Part shown: positions 60,311-64,000 of the stretch, piece by piece
Layout: the number at the start of each line of letters is the position of its first letter
Numbering within the stretch: position 1 is the stretch's first letter
Source: Mantamonas sphyraenae STR306
Taxonomy: Eukaryota > Protista > CRuMs
DNA: 64,000 nucleotides
Reading direction: 5' to 3'
Assembly: GCA_026936335.1 (NCBI GenBank)
Contig: JAPMXV010000016.1
Span: 186,001-250,000, forward strand
Position numbers and translations under genes: made by a program
Notes under the pieces: model-generated
Seen by the model: only the letters and a program-made list of their open reading frames with translations
Databases searched by the model: none
What the model was told of the DNA's origin: nothing

Positions 60311-60388
60311 GGGTGGAGCAGAAGAGGGGGGGGGGGAAAGGGGGCGAGTTTGGTTGCATTGCAATGCGCGAAGCAACCAAAAGTGAAA

Positions 60389-63300
60389 ATGTCCTCCTCC
60401 TCATCCTCCTCATCATCGGGTGTGGGGGCCAGCAGTGGTGGTGGGAGCACACCATCGCTGTCACGATCGGCAGCGTCGATCCAGCAGGGGGAAGAATGGA
60501 CGCAGGCGTGCAAAGCGTTACAGACGGCGTTGTTTGCACGGGAGGTGGATACAGAGGGGATCCATGCGCTGGTGGCAGCAGTATGGATCTGTGTGCCTCT
60601 GTGCACTTTCCCCATACAGTGATTGCCGGGGAGGAGCACGCCAAGCTGTTGGCGTTGCTTGCCCAACTGCTGGCACGCGCTCCAAATGCCACCCTGGGCT
60701 CTCGCTTCTGCGCCACAGTGTCCACTGCACACATGCGCAACGGTGCCGCTCTAGAGTATACGGACAAGGAGGTGCAACAGATGGCAGCACAGCTGGAGGC
60801 GTTGAGCAAGGACGGGGCGGCGTGGAACGAGAGCCAGTGGCGCGGCAAACGAGGCAAGGAACAACAACAGCCGGAAGACCAAGACGGGCAAGAGGGAGAA
60901 GAGGCACGGGAAGAGGATGACGATCAGGAAAGCAAGGCACATCAGGATTCGCTGGCATGGTTGCAAGTGGATGCGCTGCGTGCACTGAGCTCGGTGCTGC
61001 AGGAGCGGTCGGCGCGGCTGGACGACAGCGCGCGATCAGAGCTGCTGGAGCACTTGGTGGGCGCAGCACAGCAGGGAATGGAACGCGGGGCACTGGACTT
61101 GGTCAGCATGGCGGCCACTTGTATGGCAGCGACATGCAGCGGCACAGTGGCGCAGCTGGATGCAGAGACGGTGCACGGGGCGTTTGATCTGGTGGCCGAG
61201 TCGTTTGTGCGTTACAGTGTGGCGTTGGCGCAGGACACAACCATGGCCAAACCGGTGACGGTGCTCATGCGTGCCATGGGCACCCTGATGAGCGAAGGGG
61301 CAGCGTTGCAATTGCACCTGCGGCACATGGACTCGTTGATGCCCCTGTTGAAAACACTGAGCTGCTATGCCACCGTGTACAACCCCAGCATGGGTGGCGC
61401 AGGCATGGCCATGGGTGGCTCAGGCTCGTCGGTGGCAGCCACCAGCTCGGATTCGGAGTGGAGCGATCTGGAGGGCCGTGGCAAGAAGCGACAGGCACAC
61501 ACCTCACGCGTACGCCTTGCAGCGCTGCAGTGTGTGGCTGTGGTGGCGCGTGTCAGTGCCAAAGCCATGCATGGGTATTGGAAGCTGTACGTTCCCGACT
61601 CCAAGGGCTATGCAAGCATCCCAAAGGGGCCAAGCGTGACACGCAGCAACCTGTTGGCCATCATGTTGCACGACGCCTCGCCACGCGTGCGACAAGCGGC
61701 GGCAGCCACCTTGGCGGCCATGTTGGACGGCTCCAAGCTGTACCTGAGCGCTGCGGACGACCGCGTGTCGAGCAGTGCCCATTCGTTCACGTCCCTGTCG
61801 TGGACCCTTGCGCAGATGGTGCAACACATGCACCAGGGCCTGGCGCGTGCCATTGAACTGGAAAGCAACTCGGGTGCAAAGCAGCAGATGCTCAAGGCGT
61901 TGCAGGTGTTGGTGAACAATGCGCCGTACGGCAAGCTGGAGCAGAATCACGGGCAGGAGGTGTTGCCGGTGTTGCTCAAGGTGGTGACAAGCAAGCAGCA
62001 GGCCCACTCGCCCGAGGTGGCCGTTAAGAATGTGGCTCTGTCGTGTGTGTCTGCGCTGTGTGGTGCGCAGGAGGAGCTGGAGGACGTGAGTGGCATTGTA
62101 GAGGTGGTGCGTGAGGCAAGCCAATCGGTGGGGTTGCGCCACGAGTGTGCACAGGTGTTGCTGGCACTGGCAGGTGCACACGCACGACACATGGCAGGGT
62201 GTTGGGAGCAGTGGCATCCGTTGGTGGACGACACCATGGCAAACGACGACCAAACAGTGCGCCTGAACAGCATGCGCATTGCAGAGGCCTTTGCCGAACA
62301 CGGCAGTCCCGACGTGCACATGTGGGCGTACATGCTCACCACGTGGGTGACCCAACGGCTGCAGGACAGCTTCCATGCCGTACGCGTCGCTGCCCTGTCC
62401 TGCTGTGCGCACCTGGACGCGGACATGTACGCGGCCCTGGACACCGAGCTGGTGGAACTGTGTCAACAGGCTGCCCTGGGTGAGGTGTCACACAGCAAAC
62501 CTGCTGTGCGTGTGGCTGCATGCAGGCTGTTGGGTGTGCTGGTGTGTCTTGCGGCAGGCGGAGTCCGTGGCGGTGAGGAGATTGCCGGCGCCGAGTTTGT
62601 GCACCGGGCAACGGAGGCGTTGTACGAGGCATTGAAGGACAGCAACGCGGCAGTACGCATGCGTGCGTGCTGGGCACTGGCTGGATTGTGTGACGTGGAG
62701 GCGTATGTGGGTGACGAAGAGGCAGAGGGACGGGTGGAGGAGTTGTGCCGGTTGAGCACGATGATGGTGGAAGTGGTGCGAAAGGACGTGGAAAAGGTGC
62801 GTGCAAACGCATGTCGCACGCTTGGCAATCTGATGGCGCACGCAGGCCCTGGGTTTGGTGGACAGGAGGCGTTTGATGAGGTGGCAGAGGCGTTGGTGGG
62901 TGCGTGTGCAGGCAAGGGGGTCAAGGTGCGCTGGAACGCAGCGCATGCGTTGGGACACGCGTTGGCAAACGTCCAAAGTGGCTGGATGGAGAAGTCATGG
63001 CGAGCGGAGGCGATCGGTGCTCTGTGCACGCTGGTGGCAGGGGAGAAGAACTACAAAGTGCGCATCAACGCGGTGAGTGCGTTGGGCAGCGTGCCGGACA
63101 AGAATGGGTATGGTGATGAGTACGCAGAGGTGCTGTGCCTGCTGATTGAGGCCCGGAAGGCGGTGGAAGGGGAGCGAGTGGACGTGAAGGAGTACAGGTA
63201 CAAGGCGTCGCTGCTGGACGCGATGCTGGAGGCGTTTGCACACGTGGTGCAGATGAGCAGGCGGATGGACTTTCAGGGCGAGCTGCAGGAGGTGATGGTG

Positions 63301-63516
63301 CGTGAGGGCGAATATGTGGTGGGGATGCTGGAGGAGCGGGAACGGAAACATGGCCTTGTGCTGGATCTGTACAACTCGGTGCTCGAACTCTACGAGAGCA
63401 AGATGAAGGGCACGCTGACAATGAGTCTGCTGCAGCGTCTGCAGGACAAGGTGAGTGGGGAGGACGGTAGTCTGGACGGCAGCTTCACGAGCACGAGCAG
63501 CGGCATGGCAGAATGA
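60389..63516 (+). CDS. HEATR6: HEAT repeat-containing protein 6-like; frame break ~60580
   Basis: SSDSEWSD, RVRLAAL, GYWKLYVPD, DASPRVR, SFTSLS, LVNNAPY.KL, KVRWNAAHALG, NYKVRINA. Confidence 0.88.
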
Positions 63517-63528
63517 ACGGCATTTCAT

Positions 63529-63999
<471 letters not shown>

Positions 64000-64000
64000 A

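Noticed and set aside
60581-60619. 39-nt intron to repair HEATR6
   Set aside because: Its length is a multiple of three, so splicing leads directly into TGA and does not fix the frame.

Overview
Eukaryotic nuclear DNA from a GC-rich, very gene-dense genome, probably a flagellated protist (SAS-4, KIF12-like kinesin, dynein LC8); the taxon cannot be identified from this window. I reconstruct 36 protein-coding genes in the standard code, mostly ending in TGA. They have short GT-AG introns with CA-rich acceptor regions, and coding ends lie mostly 6-130 bp apart. Most are housekeeping genes (BUD23, PIGV, PISD, COMMD4, PTEN, TPRKB, GINS4, THOC5, SMPD4, RRP1, TMEM120, DOHH, EXO70, CDC73, HEATR6, DYNLL). 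No rRNA, tRNA, transposon or CRISPR array was recognised. The most unusual items are: (1) a SET-domain protein with signal peptide, C-terminal KDEL and degenerate catalytic motifs; (2) a TMD0-bearing half ABC transporter with nearly all ATPase motifs degenerate; (3) a Spondin_N-7TM receptor fusion; (4) a 7-kb block of PD-(D/E)XK nuclease, KDEL-phospholipase A2, ubiquitin-binding PARP and that receptor; (5) a recurrent AATGAA 3'-end motif often overlapping the stop codon; (6) kb-scale G/C skew domains that cross gene boundaries; (7) six single-base frame breaks, most likely assembly indels. Exon boundaries were read by eye, and family calls come from recalled motifs, not database searches.
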